A stretch of 64,000 nt of DNA, taken from NCBI GenBank assembly GCA_965237675.1, contig OZ250150.1, positions 4,864,001 through 4,928,000 of the forward strand, written 5' to 3'. Shown here piece after piece: positions 31,666-42,199 of this stretch. Numbering within the stretch: the first letter of the stretch is position 1; every line of letters starts with the position of its first letter. The position numbers and the translations under genes were made by a program. This stretch comes from Candidatus Latescibacterota bacterium. GTDB taxonomy: Bacteria; Latescibacterota; UBA2968; GCA-2709665. The notes under the pieces are model-generated. The model was not told the origin of the DNA. It did not search any database and saw only the letters and a program-made list of their open reading frames with translations.

Positions 31666-33685
31666 TCTTCTTTTTGCTTCATTCCTGTTTGCACACGACA
31701 GCCGCGCACAGGATTACCTTCGCTGGGGGCTACCCGAAGGGGCCCTCTTGCGGCTGGGCAAGGGAGACGTGCGCGCCGTGGCCTGGTCGCCGGACGGCAC
31801 GCGTCTGGCCGTGGGGGGCACCGCCGGCATCTGGCTCTACGACCCCCTCACCGGGGCCGAAGTTTCCTTGCTCACGGGTCATACGAGGAGAGTCAATCTG
31901 GTGGTGTATTCGCCGGATGGGACGATGCTGGCAAGCGCCGGTCACGACGGTACGTTGCGGTTGTGGGACGTTGCTATGGGAAAGGAAATAAGCACCATCA
32001 AAGCCCATTTCGGGTCTGTCACGTCGGTGGCATTTTCGCCGGATGGGATGACGGTGGCAAGCGTCGGTTATACGAATCAGGTGAGGTTGTGGGACGTGGC
32101 CACCGGGCAGGAAAAACACGCCCTGGAAGGACATACCCGCAGGCTCTGGTCGGTAGCGTTTTCGCCGGACGGGACGACGCTTGCAAGCGCCAGTGAAGAC
32201 AGTACCGTGCGGTTGTGGGACGTGGCCACTGTGCAGGAAAAACACATCCTGACAGGACATACGCGGACCGTCACGTCGGTGGCGTTTTCGCCGGATGGTC
32301 AGACCCTGGCAAGTGCCAGCTCGGACAGTACGGTGCGGTTGTGGGACGTGGCTACCGGGCAGGAAAAACACACCCTCACAGGACATCTCCAAAGGGTCTA
32401 TTCGGTGGCGTTTTCGCCGGATGGGAGGACGCTGGCAAGCGCCAGTCGTGACCGTACTGTGCGGTTGTGGGACGTGGCCACGGGGCACGAAAAAAGCACC
32501 CTCACAGGACATAGCGGGAGTGTCAATTCGGTGGCGTTCTCGCCGGATGGTCAGACCCTGGCCACCGGCAGTTACGACGAGACGGTGCGAGTGTGGGACG
32601 TGGACACTGGGCAGGAAAAAGTCACCATCACAGGACATACGCCTTATGTCCTGCAGGTGGCGTTTTCGCCGGATGGGACGACGGTGGCAGGCGCCTATAA
32701 TGACAGTACGGTACGGTTGTGGGACGTGGACACGGGGCAGAAAACAAGCACAATCACAGGAGATATTCGTGGGCTCAGGTCGGTAGCGTTTTCGCCGGAT
32801 GGTCAGACCCTGGCCACCGGCAGTGGTGATGTGCGGTTGTGGGACGCGGCCACTGGGCAGGAAATAGGCGCCCTTACAGGACATGAGCGGACTGTCGAGT
32901 CGGTAGTGTTTTCGCCGGATGGATCGACGCTGGCAAGCGGCAGTTACGACAAAACGGTGCGGTTGTGGGACGAGGCCACAGGCCAGGAAAAACACACCCT
33001 CACGGGACATACCGATGGGGTCAGGTCGGTGGCGTTTTCGCCGGATGGATCGACGCTGGCAAGCGGCAGTTACGACAAAACGGTGCGGTTGTGGGACGTG
33101 GCCACAGGGCAGGAAAAACACACCCTCACAGGACACTCCGCTGGGGTTTATTCGGTGGCGTTTTCGCCGGATGGGAGGACGCTGGCAAGCGCCAGTCGTG
33201 ACCGCACGGTGCGGGTGTGGGACGTGGCCACAGGGCAGGAAAAACACACCCTCACAGGACATGACAGGTTTGTCGAGTCGGTGGCGTTCTCGCCGGATGG
33301 CAGGACGCTGGTAAGTGGCAGCCCCTACAACAAAATGCTGGTGTGGGACGCCGCCACGTGGGAGGAAAAAGGCACCCTGATTGGACATACGTGGATTCTC
33401 ACGTCGGTGGCGTTTTCGCCGGACGGGATGACCCTGGCCAGCGGCAGTTACGACGGTACGATTCTACTGTGGGATATGTCGCCATATGTCGCACCTCAAC
33501 CCCTTACTGCGGACTTCGACGGCGACGGGACCGTGGGCTTTCCCGACTTTCTGCAATTCGCGGCGCAGGTCGGGCTGCGCCAGAGCGATGCCGGGTATGA
33601 CGCGCGCTTCGACCTAGACGGTGACGGCGCCGTCGAATTCAGCGACTTTCTCATCTTCGCGCGCAGCTTCGGCCAGGGTTCATGA
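31637..33685 (+). CDS. Secreted WD40 protein (14 repeats) with EF-hand/dockerin-like tail
   Basis: GHTRRV subfamily. Confidence 0.93.
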   Translation: MIKLTFSSLILLFASFLFAHDSRAQDYLRWGLPEGALLRLGKGDVRAVAWSPDGTRLAVGGTAGIWLYDPLTGAEVSLLTGHTRRVNLVVYSPDGTMLASAGHDGTLRLWDVAMGKEISTIKAHFGSVTSVAFSPDGMTVASVGYTNQVRLWDVATGQEKHALEGHTRRLWSVAFSPDGTTLASASEDSTVRLWDVATVQEKHILTGHTRTVTSVAFSPDGQTLASASSDSTVRLWDVATGQEKHTLTGHLQRVYSVAFSPDGRTLASASRDRTVRLWDVATGHEKSTLTGHSGSVNSVAFSPDGQTLATGSYDETVRVWDVDTGQEKVTITGHTPYVLQVAFSPDGTTVAGAYNDSTVRLWDVDTGQKTSTITGDIRGLRSVAFSPDGQTLATGSGDVRLWDAATGQEIGALTGHERTVESVVFSPDGSTLASGSYDKTVRLWDEATGQEKHTLTGHTDGVRSVAFSPDGSTLASGSYDKTVRLWDVATGQEKHTLTGHSAGVYSVAFSPDGRTLASASRDRTVRVWDVATGQEKHTLTGHDRFVESVAFSPDGRTLVSGSPYNKMLVWDAATWEEKGTLIGHTWILTSVAFSPDGMTLASGSYDGTILLWDMSPYVAPQPLTADFDGDGTVGFPDFLQFAAQVGLRQSDAGYDARFDLDGDGAVEFSDFLIFARSFGQGS

Positions 33686-33785
33686 GGCCAACACGCCCTT
33701 TCTGAAAGAAATCGCGCCAGGCGATCGGCTTCACAATGGGTTTAGGGCGTTCACAGACCGGTCCGCGTTTGGAAAGGAGGAGGTA

Positions 33786-33860
33786 TTGGAATCCATATCG
33801 TTAGACGTCAGGCCGTTGAATGTCTACTTGCGGACAATGATCGGCCGCAAGATTGGTTAA
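33786..33860 (+). CDS. Putative 24-aa micro-peptide type A' (MESISLDVRPLNVYLRTMIGRKIG)
   Basis: GAAAGGAGGAGGT, TTG start; same length and TAA position as the other A units. Confidence 0.5.
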   Translation: MESISLDVRPLNVYLRTMIGRKIG

Positions 33861-33901
33861 CGCCGGTCACGGACCTGTTCACATTCGGGAAGGAGGTGAT
33901 A

Positions 33902-33979
33902 TTGGAAGCCATGTCGTTAAGTGTCTGGCCGCAGTACATCTACGTGAGAAACTACGGCCCGGGGCAAGTGCTGATCTGA
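33902..33979 (+). CDS. Putative 25-aa micro-peptide type B (MEAMSLSVWPQYIYVRNYGPGQVLI)
   Basis: GAAGGAGGTGAT, TTG start, TGA at codon 26. Confidence 0.5.
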   Translation: MEAMSLSVWPQYIYVRNYGPGQVLI

Positions 33980-34167
33980 CACGTTCCACAGTGGGAACGG
34001 TCGAGCAATGCCGCAGACCAATGTTCACCAGGTCTCCACATATCGCCGTCACTCGCTCCAGGTCATAATAAAATCGCATCAGTCACAGTCTCTCCATGCC
34101 GTTTAATCAGAGTTAATCCCTCGTAATCATAGTCAATCACAGTCAATCTTAGTCCGGGGGGGTACAG

Positions 34168-36231
34168 ATGAAAAAGCTCACGATTTTGAGCCTCATTCTT
34201 CTTTTGACGACGGTCTTGTTTGCACAGTACGCCCACGCACAGGATTACCTTCGCTGGGGGCTGCCCGAAGGGGCCCTCGTGAGGCTGGGCAAGGGAGACG
34301 TCCGCGCCGTGGCCTGGTCGCCGGACGGCACGCGCCTGGCCGTGGGGGGCACCGTCGGCATCTGGCTATACGATGCCCGCACCGGGGTCGAAGTTTCTCT
34401 GATCACGGGCCATACGAGGAGAGTCAATACGATGGTGTTTTCGCCGGACGGGACCACACTGGCAAGCGCCGGTCACGACGGCACGGCACGGTTGTGGGAC
34501 GTGGCCACCGGACAGGAAATAGGCAGTTTCACAGGACATACGAAGAATGTCAATTCGGTGGCGTTTTCGCCGAATGGGACGACACTGGCAACCGGCGGTT
34601 ATACGGGTAACTTGCCTCCGGTGCGGCTGTGGGACGTGGCCACCGGACAGGAAATAGGCAGTTTCACAGGACATACGAAGAATGTCAATTCGGTGGCGTT
34701 CTCTCCGGACGGAACTGCGCTGGCAAGCGCCAGTAGTGACAATACAGTCCGGTTGTGGGACGTCGCTGCCGGACAGGAGAAACACACACTGACTGGGCAT
34801 ACCCGTGCGGTCAGACAGGTGACGTTTTCACCGGATGGGACCACGCTGGCAAGCGCCAGTCAGGACAGTACGGCGCGGCTGTGGGACGTGGCCACCGGGC
34901 AGGAGAAACACACCCTCACAGGACATACGTCCAGCGTCTATTGGGTGGTGTATTCACCGGATGGGACCACGCTGGCAAGCGCCAGTCTTGACAAAACCGT
35001 GCGCCTTTGGGACGTAGCCGCCGGGCAGGAAAACGTCACCATCACTGGACATACCGGTCAGGTCTATTCGGTGGTGTATTCACCGGACGGGAACACGCTG
35101 GCAAGCGCCAGTCTTGACAAGACTGTGCGGCTGTGGGACGTGGACACCGGGGAGGAAAAACACACCCTCACAGGACATACGTCCAGCGTCAGGTCGGTTG
35201 TGTATTCGCCGGACGGGACCACGCTGGCCAGCCGCAGTGGCGACAATACGGTGCGGTTGTGGGACGTGGCCACGGGACAGGAAAAAGTAAACATCACAGG
35301 ATATACGCCTTATGTCCTGTCGGTCGTGTTTTCACCCGATGGGACTACGCTGGCCAGCGCCAATAACGATGGTACGGTACCGTTGTGGGACGTGGCGAAA
35401 GGACAGATAAAAAGCACACTCGGAGGGGACGTCAGTAGGCTCAGGTCGGTGGCGTTTTCGCCCGATGGGACTATGCTGGCAAGCGGCGGTAGTGATGTGC
35501 GGCTATGGGACGTGGCCACGGGGCAGGAAATAAGCATCCTTACAGGACATACGCGGAATGTCTTGTCGGTGGCGTTTTCGCCGGATGGGACCACGCTGGC
35601 AACCGGCAGCGATGACGATACGGTGCGGTTATGGGACGTGGCCCCGGGGCAGGAAAAATACACCCTTACAGGACATACCAATGGGGTCTATGCCGTTGCG
35701 TTTTCGCCGGATGGGATGACAGTGGCAAGCGGCAGTCGTGACAATACGGTGCGGTTGTGGAACGTGACCACAGGGCACGAAAAAATCACCCTCACAGTCT
35801 CAGAACATACCAACTGGGTCGAGTCGGTGGCGTTTTCGCCGGATGGCAGGACGCTGGTAGGCGGCAGCCCCTACAACAAAATGCTGCTGTGGGTCGTGGC
35901 CACGGGTCAGGAAATAGGCACATTGACAGGACATACATGGTATCTCGTGACGTTGGCGTTTTCGCCGGACGGGATGACCCTGGCCAGCGGCAGTTACGAC
36001 GGCACGATTCTGCTGTGGGATATGTCACCTTATGTTACAACTCAACCCCTTGCTAGCGACTTCGACGGCGACGGGACCGTGGGTTTTCCCGATTTTCTGC
36101 AATTCGCGGCGCAGGTCGGGCTGAGCCAGGGAGACGCCGGGTTTGACGCGCGGTTCGATCTGAACGGCGACGGAACCGTCGAGTTCGGCGATTTTGTGAT
36201 CTTTGCACGCAGCTTCGGCCAGGGTTCATGA
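34168..36231 (+). CDS. Secreted WD40 protein (14 repeats) with EF-hand/dockerin-like tail
   Basis: GHTRRV subfamily. Confidence 0.93.
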   Translation: MKKLTILSLILLLTTVLFAQYAHAQDYLRWGLPEGALVRLGKGDVRAVAWSPDGTRLAVGGTVGIWLYDARTGVEVSLITGHTRRVNTMVFSPDGTTLASAGHDGTARLWDVATGQEIGSFTGHTKNVNSVAFSPNGTTLATGGYTGNLPPVRLWDVATGQEIGSFTGHTKNVNSVAFSPDGTALASASSDNTVRLWDVAAGQEKHTLTGHTRAVRQVTFSPDGTTLASASQDSTARLWDVATGQEKHTLTGHTSSVYWVVYSPDGTTLASASLDKTVRLWDVAAGQENVTITGHTGQVYSVVYSPDGNTLASASLDKTVRLWDVDTGEEKHTLTGHTSSVRSVVYSPDGTTLASRSGDNTVRLWDVATGQEKVNITGYTPYVLSVVFSPDGTTLASANNDGTVPLWDVAKGQIKSTLGGDVSRLRSVAFSPDGTMLASGGSDVRLWDVATGQEISILTGHTRNVLSVAFSPDGTTLATGSDDDTVRLWDVAPGQEKYTLTGHTNGVYAVAFSPDGMTVASGSRDNTVRLWNVTTGHEKITLTVSEHTNWVESVAFSPDGRTLVGGSPYNKMLLWVVATGQEIGTLTGHTWYLVTLAFSPDGMTLASGSYDGTILLWDMSPYVTTQPLASDFDGDGTVGFPDFLQFAAQVGLSQGDAGFDARFDLNGDGTVEFGDFVIFARSFGQGS

Positions 36232-36519
36232 GGCCAACACGCCCTTTCTGAAAGAAATCGCGCCAGGCGATCGGCTTCACAATGGGTTTAGGGCGTTCAC
36301 AGACCGGTCCGCGTTTGGAAAGGAGGAGGTATTGGAATCCATATCGTTGGACGTCAGGCCGTTGAATGTCTACTTGCGGACAATGATCGGCCGCAAGATT
36401 GGTTAACGCCGGTCACGGACCTGTTCACATTCGGGAAGGAGGTGATATTGGAAGCCATGTCGTTAAGTGTCTGGCCGCAGTACATCTACGTGAGAAACTA
36501 CGGCCCGGGGCAAGTGCTG
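36209..36519 (+). repeat. Near-identical copy of 33663-33973 (WD40 3' end plus A' and B cassette)
   Basis: Offset 2546; A' ORF at 36332-36406 (TTA/TTG synonymous change); B ORF from 36448 extended to 36681. Confidence 0.85.
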
Positions 36520-36712
36520 AACGGCAAGTTGCGCAATGGGAGCGGTCGAGCAATGCCGCCGATCAATGCACACAAGGTCTCTCCATATCTACATCACTCG
36601 CACCAAGTCATGACAAAATTCACATCAATCACAGTCTCTTCATGTGGTTTAATCACAGTCCATCATCGTAATCATAGTTAATCACAGTCAATCTTAGTCC
36701 GGGGGGGTTCAG

Positions 36713-37921
36713 ATGAAAAGGTTAACGTTTTCGAGCCTAATTCTTCTCATTGTTTCATTCTTATTTGCACAGAACAGCCACGCGCAGGACTACAATCGCT
36801 GGAGCTTGCCCGAAGGCGCCCGCATGCGTCTGGGCAAAGGAAACGTGCGCGACGTGGCCTGGTCGCCGGACCGCGCGCTCCTGGCCGCGGGGGGCACCGC
36901 CGGCATCTGGCTCTACGATGCCAGTACAGGAGCGGAAGTTTCCTTGATCACTGGACATTCGTTCAGGGTCAATGCCGTTGCATTTTCGCCCGACGGTATG
37001 ACGCTGGCAAGTGGCAGCCGGGACGATACGGTGCGGTTGTGGGATGTGGCCACCGGGAAGGAAAAAAGCATCCTCACGGGACACACCTACGATGTCGAGG
37101 CGGTGGCATTCTCGCTGGATGGGACGACGCTGGCAAGCGGCAGTCGCGACGGTACGGTGCGGCTGTGGGACGTGGCCACCGGACAGGAAATAGGCAGTTT
37201 CACAGGACATACGAAGAATGTCAATTCGGTGGCGTTCTCTCCGGACGGAACTGCGCTGGCAAGCGCCAGTAGTGACAATACAGTCCGGTTGTGGGACGTC
37301 GCTGCCGGACAGGAGAAACACACACTGACTGGGCATACCCGTGCGGTCAGACAGGTGACGTTTTCACCGGATGGGACCACGCTGGCAAGCGCCAGTCAGG
37401 ACAGTACGGCGCGGCTGTGGGACGTGGCCACCGGGCAGGAGAAACACACCCTCACAGGACATACGTCCAGCGTCTATTGGGTGGTGTATTCACCGGATGG
37501 GACGACGCTGGCAAGCGCCAGTCTTGACAAAACCGTGCGGCTGTGGAACGTGGCCGCCGGGCAGGAAAACGTCACCATCACTGGACATGCCGGTCAGGTC
37601 TATTCGGTGGTGTATTCACCGGACGGGAACACGCTGGCAAGCGCCAGTCTTGACAAGACTGTGCGGCTGTGGGACGCGGACACCGGGGAGGAAAAACACA
37701 CCCTCACAGGACATACGTCCAGCGTCAGGTCGGTTGTGTATTCGCCGGACGGGACCACGCTGGCCAGCCGCAGTGGCGACAATACGGTGCGGTTGTGGGA
37801 CGTGGCCACGGGACAGGAAAAAGTAAACATCACAGGATATACGCCTTATGTCCTGTCGGTCGTGTTTTCACCCGATGGGACTACGCTGGCCAGCGCCAAT
37901 AACGATGGTACGGTACCGTTG
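36713..37921 (+). pseudogene. Chimeric WD40 gene truncated by the IS (no EF-hand tail)
   Basis: Homology to the 34168 gene stops at 37921; the ORF runs into the IS end and stops at 37939. Confidence 0.85.
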
Positions 37922-37999
37922 CCCTACGTGCCAATATAGAGTGAGACAACTCCCCATCCGAGTTTAGTGTAGGTTTGAGGGCGGAGAGGAGAGCAAGAG

Positions 38000-38467
38000 A
38001 TGATGAGTATGGACAACGGCCGACAGGAGCAGGTGTCGGTAGCAGTCCCGGAGCGGAGCGAAGGGACTGCTACCGAGGCGCCCCGCCCTGACCCGGAAGT
38101 GCCAGAGAAGGCGAAGCGCCGGCGGTTCACTGCGCGGTACAAGCTTCGGGTCCTCCAAGAGGCGGAGGCGTGTCGAGAGCCGGGTCAGCTCGGCGCATTG
38201 CTGCGACGAGAGGGGCTATACTCCTCGCACCTGGCACAATGGCGTCGCGCCCGGCGTGAAGGATCGTTGAAGGCGCTTTCCAAGCAGCGCGGTCCCAAGG
38301 GCCGTCGTCGCGAACCGGTGGCCGTCGAGAACGAGCAGCTACGCAAAGAAAACGCTCGGTTGCGACGACGCCTGGAGCAGGCGCAGATGGTCCTTGAGAT
38401 CCAAAAAAAAGCCTCGGAGATCCTGGGCATCCCCCTGAACCCGCCGCCGAGCGACGACGACGCATGA
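38000..38467 (+). CDS. IS transposase OrfA (HTH and coiled coil)
   Basis: KRRRFTARYKLRVL..LLRREGLYSSHL..WR; ENEQLRKENARLRRRL; EIQKKAS. Confidence 0.88.
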   Translation: MMSMDNGRQEQVSVAVPERSEGTATEAPRPDPEVPEKAKRRRFTARYKLRVLQEAEACREPGQLGALLRREGLYSSHLAQWRRARREGSLKALSKQRGPKGRRREPVAVENEQLRKENARLRRRLEQAQMVLEIQKKASEILGIPLNPPPSDDDA

Positions 38468-39477
38468 AAGCCGCCGCCGAACAATTGGCCCCGACCGTCG
38501 GCTTGGCTTCGGCGTGCCGCGCGTTGGGTGTGGCTCGGGCCTCGGTCTACCGGCAGCGCAAGCCCCCTGTGTCGAGACGCCGTCCCTGTTGCCGGCCTTC
38601 GCCGCGTGCGCTGGCCCCGCCGGAGCGAGCCCACGTGCTGGACGTGCTGCACGAGGACCGCTTCGTAGACCGAGCCCCGGCGGCAGTATACGCCATCCTG
38701 CTGGAGCAAGGACGGTATCTGTGCTCGATACGAACGATGTATCGCCTGCTCCACAATGCCAAAGAGGTGCACGAGCGACGACGACAGCGGCGCCACCCGC
38801 ATCGGGAACCGCCGCGCTTGGTGGCCACCGCCCCAAACCAGGTGTGGACTTGGGACATCACGCGCCTGCCGGGTCCGCGCAAGTGGGTGACCTATCCCCT
38901 CTATGTGGTGCTGGATCTGTTCTCGCGCTACGTCGTGGCTTGGATGGTGGCCACGCGCGAGAGCGCCACCCGGGCGCAGCGGTTAATCCACAGCGCCTGC
39001 CAAAAGCAGGACATCGAGCCCGGACAACTCACCCTGCACCAGGACCGGGGTGGGCCCATGACGGCTAAGACGTTTTCGCAGTTGTTGATCGATCTGGACA
39101 TCCTGGCCAGCTACTCGAGGCCGCGCGTGTCCGATGATAATCCGTACTCGGAAAGCCAATTCAAGACGCTCAAATACGCACCGACGTACCCGGGGCGCTT
39201 TTCCAGTACTCACAACGCGCGCACCTATTTCCAGACGTTTTTCCCCTGGTACAACACCCAACACCGTCACAGTGGATTGGGGCTGCTCACACCGGACAAA
39301 GTGCACTACGGCCTGGCCGACGAGATTCAGACGGCACGACAGCACGTGCTCCACAAGGCCTTTGCAAACCATCCTGAACGCTTCGTCAACGGCCCGCCTC
39401 GACCACCACGGGTTCCTCGTGTAGTCTGGATCAATCAGCCACCAAACTCCATCGAATGCGACCGTATGCGTCATTGA
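38464..39477 (+). CDS. IS transposase OrfB (rve DDE integrase core)
   Basis: PNQVWTWDIT, LDLFSRYVV, HQDRG, DDNPYSESQFKTLKY and WYNTQHRHSGL motifs; ATGA overlap with OrfA. Confidence 0.92.
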   Translation: MKAAAEQLAPTVGLASACRALGVARASVYRQRKPPVSRRRPCCRPSPRALAPPERAHVLDVLHEDRFVDRAPAAVYAILLEQGRYLCSIRTMYRLLHNAKEVHERRRQRRHPHREPPRLVATAPNQVWTWDITRLPGPRKWVTYPLYVVLDLFSRYVVAWMVATRESATRAQRLIHSACQKQDIEPGQLTLHQDRGGPMTAKTFSQLLIDLDILASYSRPRVSDDNPYSESQFKTLKYAPTYPGRFSSTHNARTYFQTFFPWYNTQHRHSGLGLLTPDKVHYGLADEIQTARQHVLHKAFANHPERFVNGPPRPPRVPRVVWINQPPNSIECDRMRH

Positions 39478-39658
39478 ATTCTCACGCGAGGTGTCTCATT
39501 CCTATTGACATGTTCCGGACCAATGTACACCGGGGCTCTCCATAAATCCATCACTCGCTCCAGGCCATTACAAAAATCACATCAATCACAGTCTCTTCAT
39601 GCGGTTTAATCACAGTTAATCCCTCGTAATCAAAGTTAATCACAGTCAGGGGGTACAG

Positions 39659-41833
39659 ATGAATAGGTCAACGATTTTGAGCCTCACACTTATTTTGACG
39701 GCTGTCTTGTCTTCACAGGACAGCCGCGCACAGGATTACACACGCTTGGGACTGCCCCACGGGGCCCTCATGCGCCTGGGTAAAGGAGAATCACGCCTGG
39801 TGGCCTGGTCGCGGGACGGCACGCGACTGGCGGTTGGGGGCACCATTGGCATCTGGGTTTACGATACCGAAACCGGGGCCGAGGTTTCCCTGCTCACGGG
39901 TCATAGATCTGGCGTGGTATCTATGGCGTTATCGCCGGATGGGACGATCCTGGCAAGCGCCAGTGGCGACTATACGGTGCGGTTGTGGGACGTGGCCACG
40001 TGGGAGGGAAAAAGCACCTTGACAGGACATACCCATCGGGTCAATTCGGTTGCATTTTCGCCCGATGGCACGACGCTGGCAAGCGCCAGTTGGGACAAAA
40101 CGGTGCGGCTGTGGGACATGGCCACAGGGCACGAGAAAAACACCCTCACAGGACATACGGGCATTGTCAATTCGGTGGCGTTTTCGCCCGATGGTCTCAC
40201 GCTGGCAAGTGGCAGTCGGGACGAAACGGTGCGGCTATGGGACGCGGCCACAGGGCACGAGAAAAACACCCTCACAGGACATGCGTCGTCTGTCACGTCC
40301 GTGGTGTTTTCGCCGGATGGGAAGACACTGGCCGGCGCCAGTGGTGATCGTACGGTGCGGTTGTGGGACGTGTCCACGGGCGAGCAAAAAGGCGCCGTGA
40401 CAGAACAAAACTGGTGGCCCGGATCGGTGGCGTTTTCGCCGGATGGGACGATGCTGGCCAGCGGCGGTTACGACAATACGGTGCGATTGTGGGACGTGGC
40501 AACAGGGCAAGTCGATCACACCCTCAAAGGACATACGGCGACAGTCAGGTCGGTAGCGTTTTCGCCGGATGGGACGATGCTGGCCAGTGGCAGTTCGGAC
40601 AATACGGTGCGGTTGTGGGACGCGGCCACGCAAAAGGAAAAAAACACCCTGACAGGACATTCGGGGACGATCAGGACGATAGCGTTTTCGCCGGACGGGA
40701 CATCGCTGGCAAGTGCCAGTTGGGACTATACGGCGCGGTTGTGGGACGTGGCTACCGGGCAGGCAAAAACCACCCTGACAGGACATTCCAGTTTTACAAG
40801 GTCGGTAGCGTTTTCGCCGGACGGGAAAACGCTGGCCAGCGGCGATTCTGACAATACGGCGCGGTTGTGGGACGTGGCCACAGGGCACGTAAAACGCACT
40901 TTCACAGGATATACCCGCGATGTCAGTTCGGTAGCGTTTTCGCCGGATGGGACCACGCTGGCCGGCGGCAGCTGGGACGGGACTGTACGGTTGTGGGACG
41001 AGGCCACAGGCCAGGTAAAACACACCCTCACAGGACATACCCGCGGGGTCGAGTCGGTGGCGTTTTCGCCGGATGGGACGACGCTGGCCAGCGGAGGTGC
41101 GGACGAGACGGTGCGGTTGTGGGACGTAGCTACGGGGCAGGAGCAAGGCACCTTGACAGGACATTTCGGTTGGGTCCTTTCGGTAGCGTTTTCACCGGAT
41201 GGGACGACACTGGCAAGCGCCAGTCGGGACGAAACCGTCCGGTTGTGGGACGTGGCTACCGGGCAGGAAAAAAGCACCCTGACAGGACATTCCAGTTTTA
41301 CCAGGTCGGTAGCGTTTTCGCCGGATGGGACCACGCTGGCGAGCTCCAGTCAGGACAGTACGGTGCGGTTGTGGAACGTGGCTACCGGGCAGGAAGAAAA
41401 CATCCTCACAGGACATACAGATTGGGTCTTTTCGGTGGTGTTTTCGCCGGATGGGACGACGCTGGCCAGCAGCAGCTGGGACGGTACGGTTCGGTTGTGG
41501 AACGCGGACACGGGGAGGGGAAAAAACACCTTCACGGCGCATACATATTGGGTCCCAACGGTTGCGTTTTCGCCGGATGGAAGCGCGCTGGCAAGCGGCG
41601 GCAGCGCGATTTTATTATGGGATGTCTCACCGTATGTCGCGCCTCAATCCCTTGTTGCCGACTTCGACGGCGACGGCACTGTGGGTTTCCCCGACTTCCT
41701 GCAGTTTGCGTCGCAGTTCGGGCAGAGCCAGGGTGACGCCGGATTTGACGCGCGTTTCGATCTGGACAGCGACGGCACCGTCGGGTTCAACGATTTCGTG
41801 ATCTTCGCACGCAGCTTCGGCCGGGGTACGTGA
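39659..41833 (+). CDS. Secreted WD40 protein (15 repeats) with EF-hand/dockerin-like tail
   Basis: Same architecture. Confidence 0.93.
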   Translation: MNRSTILSLTLILTAVLSSQDSRAQDYTRLGLPHGALMRLGKGESRLVAWSRDGTRLAVGGTIGIWVYDTETGAEVSLLTGHRSGVVSMALSPDGTILASASGDYTVRLWDVATWEGKSTLTGHTHRVNSVAFSPDGTTLASASWDKTVRLWDMATGHEKNTLTGHTGIVNSVAFSPDGLTLASGSRDETVRLWDAATGHEKNTLTGHASSVTSVVFSPDGKTLAGASGDRTVRLWDVSTGEQKGAVTEQNWWPGSVAFSPDGTMLASGGYDNTVRLWDVATGQVDHTLKGHTATVRSVAFSPDGTMLASGSSDNTVRLWDAATQKEKNTLTGHSGTIRTIAFSPDGTSLASASWDYTARLWDVATGQAKTTLTGHSSFTRSVAFSPDGKTLASGDSDNTARLWDVATGHVKRTFTGYTRDVSSVAFSPDGTTLAGGSWDGTVRLWDEATGQVKHTLTGHTRGVESVAFSPDGTTLASGGADETVRLWDVATGQEQGTLTGHFGWVLSVAFSPDGTTLASASRDETVRLWDVATGQEKSTLTGHSSFTRSVAFSPDGTTLASSSQDSTVRLWNVATGQEENILTGHTDWVFSVVFSPDGTTLASSSWDGTVRLWNADTGRGKNTFTAHTYWVPTVAFSPDGSALASGGSAILLWDVSPYVAPQSLVADFDGDGTVGFPDFLQFASQFGQSQGDAGFDARFDLDSDGTVGFNDFVIFARSFGRGT

Positions 41834-42199
41834 GGCGAACCCGCCCTGTCAGAAACAGGTCGCGCCAGGCGATCGGCTGAACATGTGTTTGACGCCGTTC
41901 ATGGACCTGCACGCGTTCGGAAAGGAGGTGATATTGGAATCCATGTCGTTAAGTGTCGGACCGCAGTACATCTACGTGAGAAACTACGGCCCGGGGCAAG
42001 TGCTGAACGGCAAGTTGCGCAATGGGAGCGGTCGAGCAATGCCGCCGACCAACGTACACCAGGTCTCTTCATTTCGCCTTCACTCGCTCAGGTCATTTCA
42101 AGAATCACATCAATCACAGTCTCTCCATTTGGGTTTAATCACAGTCCATCATCGTAATCATAGTTAATCACAGTCAATCTTAGTCCGGGGGGTATTCAG

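Larger units (their letters stand above)
37922..39517 (+). mobile_element. IS3-like insertion sequence
   Basis: Imperfect IRs TGCCAATATAGAGTGAGACA (37929) / TGTCTCATTCCTATTGACA (ends 39510); two overlapping ORFs; no target duplication. Confidence 0.88.

Noticed and set aside
17856-41932. 16S rRNA fragments (ATCACCTCCTTTC on the minus strand)
   Set aside because: The match is limited to about 13 nt with no helix-45 context; better read as an SD on the plus strand
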